Shown: piece after piece, positions 26,351 through 38,251 of the stretch
How the letters are laid out: each line of letters starts with the position of its first letter
How positions within the stretch are numbered: position 1 is the stretch's first letter
Source: Paraspadella gotoi
Taxonomy: Eukaryota > Animalia > Chaetognatha
Length of the DNA: 64,000 bases
Reading direction: 5' to 3'
Assembly (NCBI GenBank): GCA_051294375.1
Contig: JBJCIZ010001666.1
Span: 46,994 to 110,993, forward strand
Made by a program: the position numbers and the translations under genes
Notes under the pieces: generated by a model
What the model was told of the DNA's origin: nothing
What the model saw: the letters and a program-made list of their open reading frames with translations, nothing else
Databases searched by the model: none

Positions 26351-28891
26351 TTGGAAATGAATCTGGGTGATTTATCTTCGAGTATTGATTTATCTCCTTA
26401 TTTATTTAACGAACCTATCGTTTCTGTTTCTCCTCCCACTACATCTTCCCACTCGACGGGGGACTCTCCTCGCGTTCTCGGCGAAAAGCCGCTTATCTTT
26501 AACCCTGCATTATCTTTGCCCTCTTTCACGCCCCTAAGACCCTCCTCCAACACGTCGAGGACGAGTACAATGACAACAACAACGACAACGAGGACAATGG
26601 CTACGACGGCGACAACGAGTACAATGCTGGCGACGACGAGTACAATGGCTATGAGTACGACGGTTGATTTCGCGAGCTTGACCACTGACCTTAAGCCGGA
26701 TTTTTTTTCCAAACCTGTTATTTTTCCCTCTTCTCCTAAAGAAAAAACTCTCGAATGTCCCTTGTCTACCAACAGCAGCGGCAGTAGACCAGCCGCTGCA
26801 AACAAAAACTGCAGCGAGATGCTCGTTCACCCAAATATGAACCACTTTTCCAAACTCCATTATGGATGTAGAGGGTTTAATCAGGTTGGATGTGGAAGTG
26901 TGAGCAGAAAAGATGAAAAAAATGACGGAAATGAAGATTATGACGATGATGACGATGATGATGATGATGATGATGATGATGCATTTGAAAAGAACTTTGT
27001 GGCTTCGCGAAAATTTAAGAAAAACATTATTGAAAATATTGAATTAAGCTTTAATTCAGGAAAAAAGAAAAAAATATTAGGGGATTACCATGTTCAGTTG
27101 AGAGAATTAAAAAAGCAATTGTTGGTTCTTTTGGAGAAATATTTAAAAAAATACAAAACTTTAAAATATCACATGACTTTTTTGATAAAATTTCAAAAAG
27201 ATGAAGGAAAGGAATCTCAATTTCCTCAATTTTATTTTGATCAACCATCTCGTTTTCTGTTACAGTCAACTGATTTGTCTGCGCAAATAGATGAGGCATT
27301 TGATCGGATTACTGTAAGGACTCAAGATAAAACCTCATCGGGGTCAGGATTGATTTTCCAACAGATAAAAAAAGTTGATTTAACCATTATTAAAATATCG
27401 GCAAACTTAAATGCTAAAATTGGTTGTTATAAAGTTTTACCCCCCGAAATTATTCACAAACGTGCAACTTTGAACCTTAAGAATAAAGAAAATTCAGATG
27501 ATTGCATCATACTTTCGATTTTGGCCGGCCTTTATCATAAAGATATTCAGGATGGTGTCAAAAACCGCCCGTCTTCATATGAAAAGTTTAGAAAGAGACT
27601 AAATTTGGGAGATTTAAAAGGACCCTTATCTTTGAAAGAAGTGTATGAAATTGAAAAAAAAAATGAATGGTTGGGGATTAATTTATACTGTTTTACAAAG
27701 AAAAAAATAAAAAAAAAATATGGGAATAAACTGATTCAGAAAAAGAAAGGAAAAAAATTTATATGTGTTTTTTTCCCATATCGTTTAACAGAAAGGAATG
27801 ATAAAGAAAATGTAAAAATTGTTAATCTTTTATTAATTTCAACCGGAAAAGCATCAAAGGACAATTTAATGCATGCAGTAACAATAACGAATTTTAGTCG
27901 ACTTATATCAAGCCAGTATTCACGTCATTCCCACGCCATGCATGTTTGTGTTGGCTGTTTATCTTGTTTTAAAACTTTACAAAAGTTGAAAAAACACAGA
28001 GTCCTTTGTTCTGCAAACGAGATCAAACAAACTGTTAAATTTCCGCCTCCTAATACAAAACTCGAATTTACAAGGCACGAATCTCGTATTTTTAAGCTTA
28101 TCAACATATATGCAGATTTTGAAACCCAGCGTCGTGAAAGGAGTTTTGCGAAGGCTAATCCGGAGACCCACGAAGTTTTGGGTGAAATTTCTATTCCTGT
28201 GGAAATAAAGAAAAAATATCCGTGGGCGAATAAAAAAATTCACTTGACGCATTTGTCAAACTGTAAAAATTGTTCATTTGTTAAACCATGCAGTAAATTA
28301 GAGGTTTCCAATGAAGTTTTGGCGGAATTGGTTCCAATATCATACAGTTATTATGTAAGTGCAAATTTTTCACACCCTGAATTAAATAAAATAAAATATT
28401 ATATTGGAATCGACGCTGCTACAAAATTTTGTGAAGCTATTCGCGAAGAGATGAAAGTAATACACCAAATAATGTTTGAAGATGAGGCTCTACCTTTAAT
28501 TATGACAGACGAAGATGAAATTAACTTTCAAAATGCGACTCATTGTTATATCTGTCGAATTCCATTTTCTAAAGAAATAATTAAAAACAGAGACCACCAG
28601 CATTTCCGTTTGGCACCAGATGCGGGGGAATTTAGAGGTGCTAGTTGCACATCTTGTAATTTGAAAGCTTATGAGAGGCCCGTTATTAACTTGTATTTCC
28701 ATTGTTTAAAATTTGATCAGAATTGTTTGGTTCTCGGGTTCTCAGAAAATAATGCTAATGGAGCATTAAAATCTATGACAAATTGCTTATTTAAATCATC
28801 TCAAGAACTCATAGGGTTTGATCTTGTATGGAATTGTGATTTTTGTCGTGAAAAACACTTAAAAGAAATTCAAGAAAACAGCGACGACGAC

Positions 28892-28926
<35 letters not shown>

Positions 28927-30263
28927 CAATGATGATTCTGACAGCGAGAGTGGAGACAGCGATGCGACCGATGATAGCAACGATATTGAAATGTGTGATT
29001 TAAACAAACAAAACATGAAAATGAATGAGTCAAGTGAAATGATTAAAGTATGTAGCTGCAAAAATATATGTATAACAAGAGTGCAAGATTCCTATCGTTT
29101 TTTAACTGCATCCCTTTCGGATTTGATTTCAATTTCATTCCGTGACTGTTATCCTTTATTTTGCGAAAAATGCATACTTGTAGATGACTTAAGAATTTTG
29201 TGCGCAGAATGCGACAAGAAAAAAAATCCTCAAGTAATTTTTACTTCCGTTTTTCAATATTTGTATGACAATGAATTAGACCTTAGTTTCTTTAATCTTA
29301 TCTCTTCCGGCAAGATGGCTTTTCCGTACGATTACCTTACATTAGATCGATTAAATGAGATCGAAATACCGGGCAAAGAGGCATTTAGAAATGAATTAAA
29401 TAAAAATGATATTTCCGACGAATGTTATGAAAACACGAGGCAAATTTATGAAAGTTTTAAACTACGTAATTTAAAGGATCTGTTGATAATATATAACTGC
29501 TTGGATGTCATGTTTCTTCGAGACATATTCGAAGAATATCGCAAAATTGCATTTCAAGAATATTCAATTGACCCAAGTTATTATCCAACATTAAATTCAT
29601 ACAGGTTCGTGATTGACCGAGTGGAATGAGAAGAGAGAAGAAACAGTTGATCGAAGAGTTCGCGAGAATCGAGAGGCGAGAATCGAGAAGCGAGAGAGAC
29701 CCAGAGAGAGAGAGAGAGATAACAAAGAGAGAGAGAGAGAGAGACGCGGGTGACTTCCTAGCATTCAAATGTTTTGTTTTGGACTCACATGCGGTTTTAA
29801 AAATTAATATTCTCTCTCTTTCTTTAGCTTTTCGATTATGCTCTTTCAAACTGGGATAAAATTGATCTGTTTGACGAATCTCAAAGCGAAATTTACTACA
29901 AATTCAAGGCTCTAACAAAAGGTGGTCTAGCGGGGGTGTCGAAGAGAGCTGAGGTTGCGGTGAACAACGAAGTTGGTGGAAATGAAGGTCAAAATTACTC
30001 AATTACACTAATTTTCGAGGATTATCCAGAATTTATATGGTTTTTGTATGAGTTTGTTTTCTTCCTGTTGGTTCTTTTTATAAGTTAAATGAGTACGAAG
30101 TTGAGCAACTTTTTCAGAAAATCCGCCTCGAGAACCAGCATCTTCAGTGGACCGGAAAAGGAGCCGAGAGGGTATGTTATTGGCAACCGAATCTTATTTT
30201 GTATTTACTCTATTGTTAAAGTAATTTTTTTTTTACTAACTTTCTATTTCTTTGTCCTTTTTC

Positions 30264-30307
<44 letters not shown>

Positions 30308-32108
30308 CGGGCTGTGCGATTTAGTTTTATTTTAGAAGTAAAATACTCTATTCCCGAAAATGTTAAGCATTTTTTCGGTCATATCCATTACTCTGCATAA
30401 AGCGAAATATTTCTGAAGAGGAAATAAGTCCGTTTCAAAAATTTTTATGCAAAAAATATCAGCAAAGTCTTGGTTCTACCGAAAGATTGGTTGCCGATAT
30501 GTGTGATAGAGATAATTATGTGATTCATTATATGAATCTAGGGATGGTTCTAAACTCGGATATGTCCTTGAGAAAATATACAATGTGTACAGTTTTCCTC
30601 AGAAGCCATTTTTAAGGATTTCATAGATTATCATACAAAAAACGAAACCAATGCACTAGTAAATTTCAATCTAATCAGTTAAAAAATTGTGTCAACTCAA
30701 TATATGGAAAAACACTTCAGAACCCATATAATTATCGAATATTAAAATTGCTCATAATGCTAAGCAATTAAGGAATATGTATTGAAACCGGAAATGAAAT
30801 CCGTTAAGGCAATTTCTAAGTCTTTTATTTGGTTCATAATTACAACTACGAAGTTTATCTCAATCAGCCATCTTATATCGGAGGTAATTTAATATTAATT
30901 AATGAATAATATTTAACCTAAAATCGCACGGTTCCGGTTCTTCTTTCCTTCCCGCCTCATCCCGCTTACTTCCCTCAGCTCACATACTGGAATTCGCCAA
31001 AAAAAGATGCATTGAATACTATTGCTTTTATATTCCTAAAGCTTTTCTCTTGGAAGAGGGACGTTAGTGACGAAGTAATTCTCTATGACACGGGTAATAA
31101 TTACTCAAAAAAAAAAAAATTAAAAAATTCAATCTCTCTCTCTCTCTCTCTCTTTCTCATCCTAATTTTTTTCTTTTTTTTGATTTCAGATTCTTTCATT
31201 TTCTCTGTTCGATACGATTCTCGGCCCTCGATGTCTGACGTGGACCGGGATAATGAAGCTTTTGGCTCCCATCACCGATTTCTTCGGTTCTTAGTAAGGA
31301 AAAGCGTGTTTGTATGTATATAAATACATTTAAAAGATTAGTATTAACTTATAAACGATGCTTTTCCTTCCCAGTCCTTACCCCTCTCATCCGTTTTGGA
31401 AAGAAAATGGCGGAGACGATCTCGACACGCTGTTGCTCTGGGCCAATCGGAACGCGGGCGCGGTTGGAAAAATGAAGGTGAGCAAAACGTGACACATAAT
31501 TAACTCTATTTGCGTGTTTATACCTTATGTATCTCTTTTGCTCAAAGGATGAAATTGGTACTTCCTTCATCAAGTCGGTGATCGCGTTAAAGCCGAAACT
31601 CTACTCTCTGGAGATCCAGCACGAGGCCGTCAATCCTCCTCGCGAATGGCCCTTCTTCGCATTGCCCCCGGAACAAAGAGACGATCCTCGCGTGCTTCTC
31701 CCTCCCCCCACGGATCCGGACGAAACTACCCCTCCCCCTTCACCACCCATCATTCCAGAATTCAACATGGAAGAAGAATGCGTCTCTGACCATCTCCTCG
31801 GAAACGGCGTCGACGTTGAACGCGTTTCGCGGTATAACAGGAAACCGTCAGAAGAAGAAGAGGAAGCGCAACGGCAGCGGCACGAGTCCGGTGGCGACGT
31901 GTTCGGTGACCGCGGTCGGCGGCGGCAGCAGCAGACGATTTGACCATGGAACCGACGACCGCGGACCGACGCCGCCGCGGGACCGACACACGGACGACCA
32001 CGTGGTCGACGACTCCGGTGTTCTCGGGTGCGGTGCCCACTCCTCCTCCTCTCTCCTCCTCCTCCTCCTCCCGATATCGATGTCCGCGGCGTCGGCGGGC
32101 GGCCGGGC

Positions 32109-32145
<37 letters not shown>

Positions 32146-32515
32146 GCGGCGGCGGCGGCCGCGGCGGCAACCACGATGGTGTGTTGTGTGCCTTCCTTCG
32201 TTCCATCCCACGACTGGAAATCAGTCTGACAAACATGGTCAAGGGAAAGGAGTCCAACGCTCGATCAAGGACAAAGAGCTAAGACACATTCACTTTTAAA
32301 AAACTTTATTTCACTGATTTGGCGATTCGAAACGAAAATCGTCGACTCAAACATTTGGACTTTAAAATCTATTTCGAAACTCTCACTAAAACTTCTCTCA
32401 GTAACTTGGAAATTAAACGGTTTTGGATTCTAGATTGCACTCTTTGCCCTATAATCATCCTTTTTGCAAACGTTTTCAAGCTATCTGCTATATAAAAAAA
32501 AGCCGGAATATCTGA
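26351..32515 (+). CDS. polB: Protein-primed family B DNA polymerase (vOTU-like, Zn finger, exonuclease with EndoVII-like insert, polymerase); 6 introns; 3' half has 1-nt indels
   Basis: GSG..YKVLP..NSDDCIILSILA..HAV (vOTU-like), IYADFET (ExoI), CYIC..RDHQH..FRGASCTSCN, KMAFPYDY, YNCLDV (ExoIII). After splicing: KGGLAGVSKR, NLYGFCMS, GFILEV, KNCVNSIYGKT, YIGAHILEFAK, YDTDSFIF, GKMKDE, LKPKLYS, KTSLSNLEIKR. Introns: 29605-29827, 30172-30324, 30884-30978, 31094-31189, 31294-31374, 31478-31547. The real start may be ATG 26164. Confidence 0.95.
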
Positions 32516-32963
32516 CTCTTTGGTGCTAGTTTTTTTTTTTTTAGTTATTTTTTAGTAAAAGAAAGAACAAGATTTTTTCTTTTTTACAATTTTTATTTTT
32601 TTATTCAGCATCAATTAGTTTAACAATTTTTTTTTTCAATTATTATCATTATTTACAATTAATTAGTAGTAGTAGTTTAGTATGCAATTAATCATTTACG
32701 AAATTATTATTATTATTATTATTTTTTTTTAGTACAACACACTAATCAATATTTACAAATTCAATTATTATTAATTTCGGATTCGGTCATCAAGGTGACG
32801 GTTTTTTTTTGGTTTTTTTTTTAGCTTTTCCTTTTGTTCTCTCTTCGTGGTTCATTTAGTTATTATAGATTATTATCGTTGTTGTTTTTTTTTCTTTTTT
32901 CTTTTGTGATCGTGATTTAGACTTAAGGACAGATTAATCAATCAATCATTTAATGTCTCTTCA

Positions 32964-34166
32964 TTAAACATGAAACATTTCTCCCATTAGATTTTCTGAT
33001 ACAAAATCCCCAGCAGACGGTAAATTTCCACCCAACAAGGACGACGACGACACCGACGACGACGACGCAGCCAGTTGCTTCTCCAACTCTTCCAAGTAAG
33101 ATATGATTTGCTCTCGATTATCCTCGCGATATGCCTCATTTTTATTAATATTATTAACACTACCAATCTCCTCGGGAGAAGGAAGCCGAGATCCTGCCGG
33201 AGGTCCCTGCAGTGATCCATGCAGAGGTCCCGGCTGGGAGAGTGCTGACATACCATGATTATTACTTTTTTTTTTCGTCTTCTTTTGTCTTACTCCCGGG
33301 TTTTCATTATTAATTTTATTCTTTTTATTCTCTGCAGCAACCTCACTCAAAGAAGACCCCGCACCCGCGTCATCGACTCTCTTTCGTTTCATCTTTTTCT
33401 TCTTCTCCTCCACCAAGGACTTCCCCGCCAAATTCTCAGGACCAGACACTACCTGCACTTCTTTTTTTTCTTCTTCTTCTCGTTTGACAGGTAAGTTATC
33501 ATTATTATCATTATTGCTTGTTTCGGGAACATTTTGTCCACTTATTCCGTTCAACCGGTTAATTATTGTAAAATTTATTCGGTTTCCAAAACCCGAACCT
33601 CCATTCACGAAGGCATTTATCATGTCAGAAATTTGCTTCAGAGTCGAGTATGCGTCGGCAGAATTAACTATGAAGGTTCTTGTATAATTTTCAGAAATGT
33701 TTCTGTTTATTGAAGAGGACAAACTTTTTAATGTCCTAAATTCCATAGCTTCCAAACAAACCCCGCTTCCTCCCGTAAATTCAGAGTAATAATAATTGGG
33801 ATGTCTCTCCAATGAGTCGCAAGATTCCTCACAGTAATTCTTAATCCATACTGCGGGCAATGTTCTACCTTTTTTACAGTTGGGTAGAACCATGACGCAA
33901 GATCTATCAGATAGTAACTTTATAGTTTGTTTAAATTTTGGTATTTTTTTTTCCAATTCCTTTTCCATTTTTTTCAAGTCGTTATCCAACGAATCAAAAT
34001 AAGTTACTAAAGTTTGCCATTCAGTAACTGTCAACGTAATTTTTCCTCTTTCCTCATTCAACAATTTATCTTCCTTTATCAGGTTGACAAAGTAAGCGAA
34101 AAAAGAATTGCACGTTGACAAGGTCGCGGCATCGCTAATTGGGAAAATTCCGTCGTTGCACAACAT
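32964..34166 (-). CDS. Protein with two PC4/Sub1-like (ssDNA-binding) motifs and a disordered NLS-bearing C-terminus
   Basis: GKITLTVTEWQTL and GSGVCLEAMEFRTL resemble the PC4 KGISLxxEQWxxL signature. KKKKMKRKR is NLS-like. Confidence 0.55.
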   Translation of the reverse strand: MLCNDGIFPISDAATLSTCNSFFAYFVNLIKEDKLLNEERGKITLTVTEWQTLVTYFDSLDNDLKKMEKELEKKIPKFKQTIKLLSDRSCVMVLPNCKKGRTLPAVWIKNYCEESCDSLERHPNYYYSEFTGGSGVCLEAMEFRTLKSLSSSINRNISENYTRTFIVNSADAYSTLKQISDMINAFVNGGSGFGNRINFTIINRLNGISGQNVPETSNNDNNDNLPVKREEEEKKEVQVVSGPENLAGKSLVEEKKKKMKRKRVDDAGAGSSLSEVAAENKKNKINNENPGVRQKKTKKKSNNHGMSALSQPGPLHGSLQGPPAGSRLPSPEEIGSVNNINKNEAYREDNREQIISYLEELEKQLAASSSSVSSSSLLGGNLPSAGDFVSENLMGEMFHV

Positions 34167-34360
34167 TTTGTAGGTGAGTTGATTTTCTATCTTCTTCTCA
34201 AGTAGAAATGAATCTTTAAATTGATTTTTCTTTTTTTATACGTGCGTCCCGCCTCAATTTTGTAGCAAACTATTTTCCAAAACATATCATATTTTAATAT
34301 CCCTTCATCTCCCCCTCCTCTTCATTTTTCCTCTCTTCGTTACGACTTGCCATCGTAACT

Positions 34361-34407
<47 letters not shown>

Positions 34408-34411
<4 letters not shown>

Positions 34412-34677
34412 GGTCGTAAGTTGCGACGGTAGATTTCCAATTTTGTAACCGGCTGAACATATTTAGGCTCTCTTTGCATTAAATCTATCAAATTATTAGG
34501 ATTTGATTTATTGCCTCCATTTTTCTTGGACCTTTTTCTTTTCCTACTGCCGCCCCCAACTTGCATATTTTTCCAAGATCCTTTCTTTTTTTTTCTTCTT
34601 TTTTTTCGATGCACTGTGAAGGCTGGGATCTCGGAATTTGACATTCCTTTCGTCTTCCTTCTTCTCCTCTTACCCAT
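34408..34677 (-). CDS. Small basic core-like protein
   Basis: K/R-rich with a QVGGG adenain-type site; immediately downstream of the protease. Confidence 0.6.
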
Positions 34678-34715
34678 CTTTTTTTCTTTTTAATTTTTTT
34701 AATTTTTTCACTTCC

Positions 34716-35247
34716 TTATATACTCTTGCCAAGCAAAGGGAGAGAAAATAGTTCTTCATTTACCAAAGATGTGGGTTCAGCTTCAAACGCGCTAACGATA
34801 CTAAATGCTAAGGCATCATAATACCATAATTCATTTTCATGTTTATCTATTTCATATATCTTATATAAAATATCTTTTAATGAATAATTTCTAGCCGTGT
34901 AAAGCACATAGATTATATTGTGATGTCCGCAAGTGGCCGAATAATCGTTTTGAAGGGGATAATTATTATAGTAAACTGGAATAGAATTATTTGTCTTTTT
35001 TTCTATGTAATCACGAAATGTTTGATTTATACTCGGAGGAAAACCGAGGGAATCAAAATATACTAAATAATCTTTTTTTATATGAAAACTCGACCAATGG
35101 GAGCCGAGACTTTCTCGACCAGAATGGTTGCAAGTGAATAGACTTCCAATCGGTGCATTTAATGGAAGCATATCGGCCGGATATGTGCCCAAAAATACTT
35201 TTTTAGCATAAATATCACTCGTCACTATTTTATCTATTGTTAACGTG

Positions 35248-35252
<5 letters not shown>
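34716..35252 (-). CDS. Adenain-family maturation cysteine protease
   Basis: FLGTYPAD, GSHW, YFDSLG, PLQ..TCGHH, with the catalytic H/D/Q/C residues intact. The likely start is MNTL at 35252; the upstream extension is (GA)n-derived. Confidence 0.93.
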
Positions 35253-35294
<42 letters not shown>

Positions 35295-35355
35295 TCTTGG
35301 TCTCTGTCTTTTTTGTTTTTTTTTCTTGGTCTTTCCGTTTTTTTTATTTCTGCCC

Positions 35356-36738
35356 TTAGTAGTCGAATGAAATATTTCTGTTTTCATTCAAAAATATACT
35401 AGCCCCAAATTCTGAATATAACAAACATACTATTGCATCATTTTTTGAAGTACTTTTAAAAGTGATTTCCAGGCGACTTGTTGCCGTTTGGCGAACATCG
35501 TCGTGATCTTCATTAACACTTTTATAGTTTCCAGTATCTAAGGCAAAGAAAGTTAACCCATTTGCATAATTATCATAACTTATTGTCGCCGGAATGTCGT
35601 ATTTAAAATTTTCTCTAACCATTGAAAAATAGGCTTCTTCATATTTTTTTTGCGCAAAGTCCATATGCTCTAACCCTTGAGGAGAAGGATGAACTACTCC
35701 GTCTAAGACCAGCTTCAAAGATGTTATATCAAAATGTTGAAATTCGTAACAGCTTTTATTTCCAACCCCTAGAAATGCTTTTTGGGATACAAATCCAATC
35801 ACGCAAGTACTAGGTTTTATATTTTGATAAAAAATAGAATCTATGTAAACAGACTTTGAATTCGCGGGAATTACGAATGGACGAACACTGGATTGACGAA
35901 CTGCATAATTTATTCCTCCATTTTTAATTAAATCTTGTTCCAATGATAATTTAAGTGATGGTAAAATGTCCACGCGTTTTACAAGAACCCTCATTTGTTT
36001 ATATGATATTTTATAATCATTTATATTTGCAGCATTACTTCTACACGAGAATTCGATTGAATTCTTTTTGAAGTCTAATGTGATAGGCGTGAGAGCTGGT
36101 AATAATTTACTCTGATTTGAAATCCCTGTATAAATCTGCCCATAAATCTTAATTACTTTAGAATTAGCTGTTAATAAACAACGTTTTTTAAATCCACTGT
36201 CCGGAGCATTCGGATCAGCTCGATTTTGATCGAATTCTGTGTCCCCATAAAACCCTTGCAATCTCTGCTTGTTATCTCTCAAATCCTTATTATAATATAA
36301 TGTATTTATAAAAAATGATAAATAACTTTGAGTATTGTAACTATCAGTAATTGCACTTCCGTTTATTCTCAATGTGATTGAGGAAAACAAAGTGTTTGCG
36401 ATACCATCCTCAAAACCTATTGAATTACCAGTGGGGCCAGCGGGGGGAGTTCCAGTGGGCGGCGCAAAATTATCAAGAGACGAACCGCCAGCTTTTTCTA
36501 TTGTAACATCTGCCTCAAACATCAAAGAACTTAAGTCTGTATATGATGAAGATAACCCAATGTCAAAGGAAATATTACTGCTTGTGTCACTTAATGAGGT
36601 TAATGGCGTAAAAAATTCATATCTGCATCCTAAAATTCCTTTTTGCTTTAACGGAACAGAAAATAAATTCAAAGCGGCACTGATTGACTCCTCTTGAGGA
36701 GAATATCCCGCCGGCCTTACCAAACGATCATCAGTCAT
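35356..36738 (-). CDS. Major capsid protein (double jelly-roll)
   Basis: 460 aa; LNLFSVP..Q, YTDLS, NTLFSSITLRING, QSKLLP, IGFVSQKAFLG..YEFQHFDI, LEITF..CLLYSEF are typical of Polinton MCP. Confidence 0.92.
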   Translation of the reverse strand: MTDDRLVRPAGYSPQEESISAALNLFSVPLKQKGILGCRYEFFTPLTSLSDTSSNISFDIGLSSSYTDLSSLMFEADVTIEKAGGSSLDNFAPPTGTPPAGPTGNSIGFEDGIANTLFSSITLRINGSAITDSYNTQSYLSFFINTLYYNKDLRDNKQRLQGFYGDTEFDQNRADPNAPDSGFKKRCLLTANSKVIKIYGQIYTGISNQSKLLPALTPITLDFKKNSIEFSCRSNAANINDYKISYKQMRVLVKRVDILPSLKLSLEQDLIKNGGINYAVRQSSVRPFVIPANSKSVYIDSIFYQNIKPSTCVIGFVSQKAFLGVGNKSCYEFQHFDITSLKLVLDGVVHPSPQGLEHMDFAQKKYEEAYFSMVRENFKYDIPATISYDNYANGLTFFALDTGNYKSVNEDHDDVRQTATSRLEITFKSTSKNDAIVCLLYSEFGASIFLNENRNISFDY

Positions 36739-36748
36739 ATTTAAAATC

Positions 36749-37306
36749 TTAAGAAAAAATATCTAATTTTGTATTTTTTCTTCTCTTTTTTTTTTTAATT
36801 TTTTTTCTTCTTTTTTTTAATCGCTTTCCTTTTCCTTCTTGCGAAATGATTGTACCTTTCATATTTCCTTTCCCTTTTATACCTTTCTTTTTTTTTTTAA
36901 CCAATGATTCTGCCAATGTATCTGCTCCCCTCTTCAAAGCAGCGGATGCCTTACTCTTTCCCTCATCCAATGCTTTTTTTCCCGCACTTTTAACGCTTCT
37001 GTTCACAAGTAAATCAGCCAACCCTGTTGCTCCCGCACTTGCCGTTCCTTTAGCTAAGTCCGAAACTATTCTTTTGCTTATTGGTTTAGCCATTTTTAAA
37101 GCCGGTTTGATGCTTTTTGTCGCACCCTGTATCAATGGCTTTACATATGTTAATAATTTCTTTAATATTTCACTCATTACTCCTCTTCCTCTCTGTCTCC
37201 TTAACATAAATCGCATAGGAAGTCGGGATCCTATGTTGGGCGGAAGCCGCCGCTGCGGCAATTTTATTGTGTGTAACATTTTTTTTTTTAATGTTTCATT
37301 TGACAC
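36749..37306 (-). CDS. Basic core/DNA-condensing protein with adenain sites
   Basis: QRGRG followed by an amphipathic helix, QEGKG and a K/R tail ending DIFS; located between the minor capsid and MCP genes. Confidence 0.8.
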   Translation of the reverse strand: MSNETLKKKMLHTIKLPQRRLPPNIGSRLPMRFMLRRQRGRGVMSEILKKLLTYVKPLIQGATKSIKPALKMAKPISKRIVSDLAKGTASAGATGLADLLVNRSVKSAGKKALDEGKSKASAALKRGADTLAESLVKKKKKGIKGKGNMKGTIISQEGKGKRLKKRRKKIKKKKRRKNTKLDIFS

Positions 37307-37318
37307 AAATTTTATTCC

Positions 37319-38251
37319 TTATATAGCATTTTTAGCCAGACGAAATCCAAGTGTAAGATAAGTGGGACCGGCTCTTAATTTTGCGTCCTCCGAATAAAAA
37401 TTTTTTAAAACAATTAAAATATTGTCAATGTATGACCGACCAACGGGATGAAATATAAGTTCTTTGAAAGTAAAATTCTGTCTACCTCCCAAATTTTTAT
37501 CATCTATAGGCACTACTCTTAGCAATCTTGAATATTTTGACCCCTGGATCCAATCTTGAATTATGTCGCAATAACATAAAATCACATTATCCGGTGACAT
37601 GTTAGGATTAAAAAAAAAATGAGAAGATTCTTCGTCGTCGCACTCTATGTCATTTTGTTCCTTAAAAAATCTCTCCTCATATCCTGTTATTTTTCCATTT
37701 TTGTCCTTGATAGGATATTCATAACTTGGTCCCTTCTTTGGTATTCCTACTGTTGTATAAGCAGTGTTAGACGGGGCGTCGGCATAAACTCCTAATAAAA
37801 ACACCATTTTTCCATATAATCTCAAATTAATCCAATTTTCTACAACATTATAATAAACATAACGATCTATTTTGTTATATTCCAATATTTTTATGTCCTT
37901 CAATCTTGGCACGGATTGCCAAATTAATTTATTAATTTCATCCGTTAATCTTTCTGCAGTGTCGTAATTACCAAATGGAACTACAAATTCTAATTTTTGC
38001 CCATAAACTTTTCCAGGAGCCATTGGATCATCAAATTCCGCCAAAAAGTCAAAAATAACAACTTTATGATATATCTTTGATTCTTCCGGAATGTTATATG
38101 TCGAATTTATTAAGGATAATTCAACTAGTGCCACTTCATAATTTTCATTCAATATTACAGGCTCGGGCAATGCATTGCGAAAATTATAATGTGTATTTGG
38201 AAACTGATCGATAGAATCACTGCTCATTAATTGTATTAGAAAATCTAACAT
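37319..38251 (-). CDS. Minor capsid (penton) protein
   Basis: N-terminal FLIQLMSSDS..FPNT..F...LP..I.L..YEVALVEL and C-terminal CYCDII..GS..SRLLRVV are typical of the Polinton minor capsid. Confidence 0.88.
   Translation of the reverse strand: MLDFLIQLMSSDSIDQFPNTHYNFRNALPEPVILNENYEVALVELSLINSTYNIPEESKIYHKVVIFDFLAEFDDPMAPGKVYGQKLEFVVPFGNYDTAERLTDEINKLIWQSVPRLKDIKILEYNKIDRYVYYNVVENWINLRLYGKMVFLLGVYADAPSNTAYTTVGIPKKGPSYEYPIKDKNGKITGYEERFFKEQNDIECDDEESSHFFFNPNMSPDNVILCYCDIIQDWIQGSKYSRLLRVVPIDDKNLGGRQNFTFKELIFHPVGRSYIDNILIVLKNFYSEDAKLRAGPTYLTLGFRLAKNAI

Noticed and set aside
31601-32257. Several overlapping antisense and alternative-frame ORFs
   Set aside because: By-product of GC-rich triplet repeats inside the pPolB insert.
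30020-32460. Programmed frameshifting or certain pseudogenisation of pPolB
   Set aside because: Most defects are single-base indels, often in homopolymers, consistent with noisy-read consensus. They cannot be called biological without polishing.
36846-37361. Hydrophobic + strand ORF
   Set aside because: Antisense shadow of the Lys-rich core protein gene.
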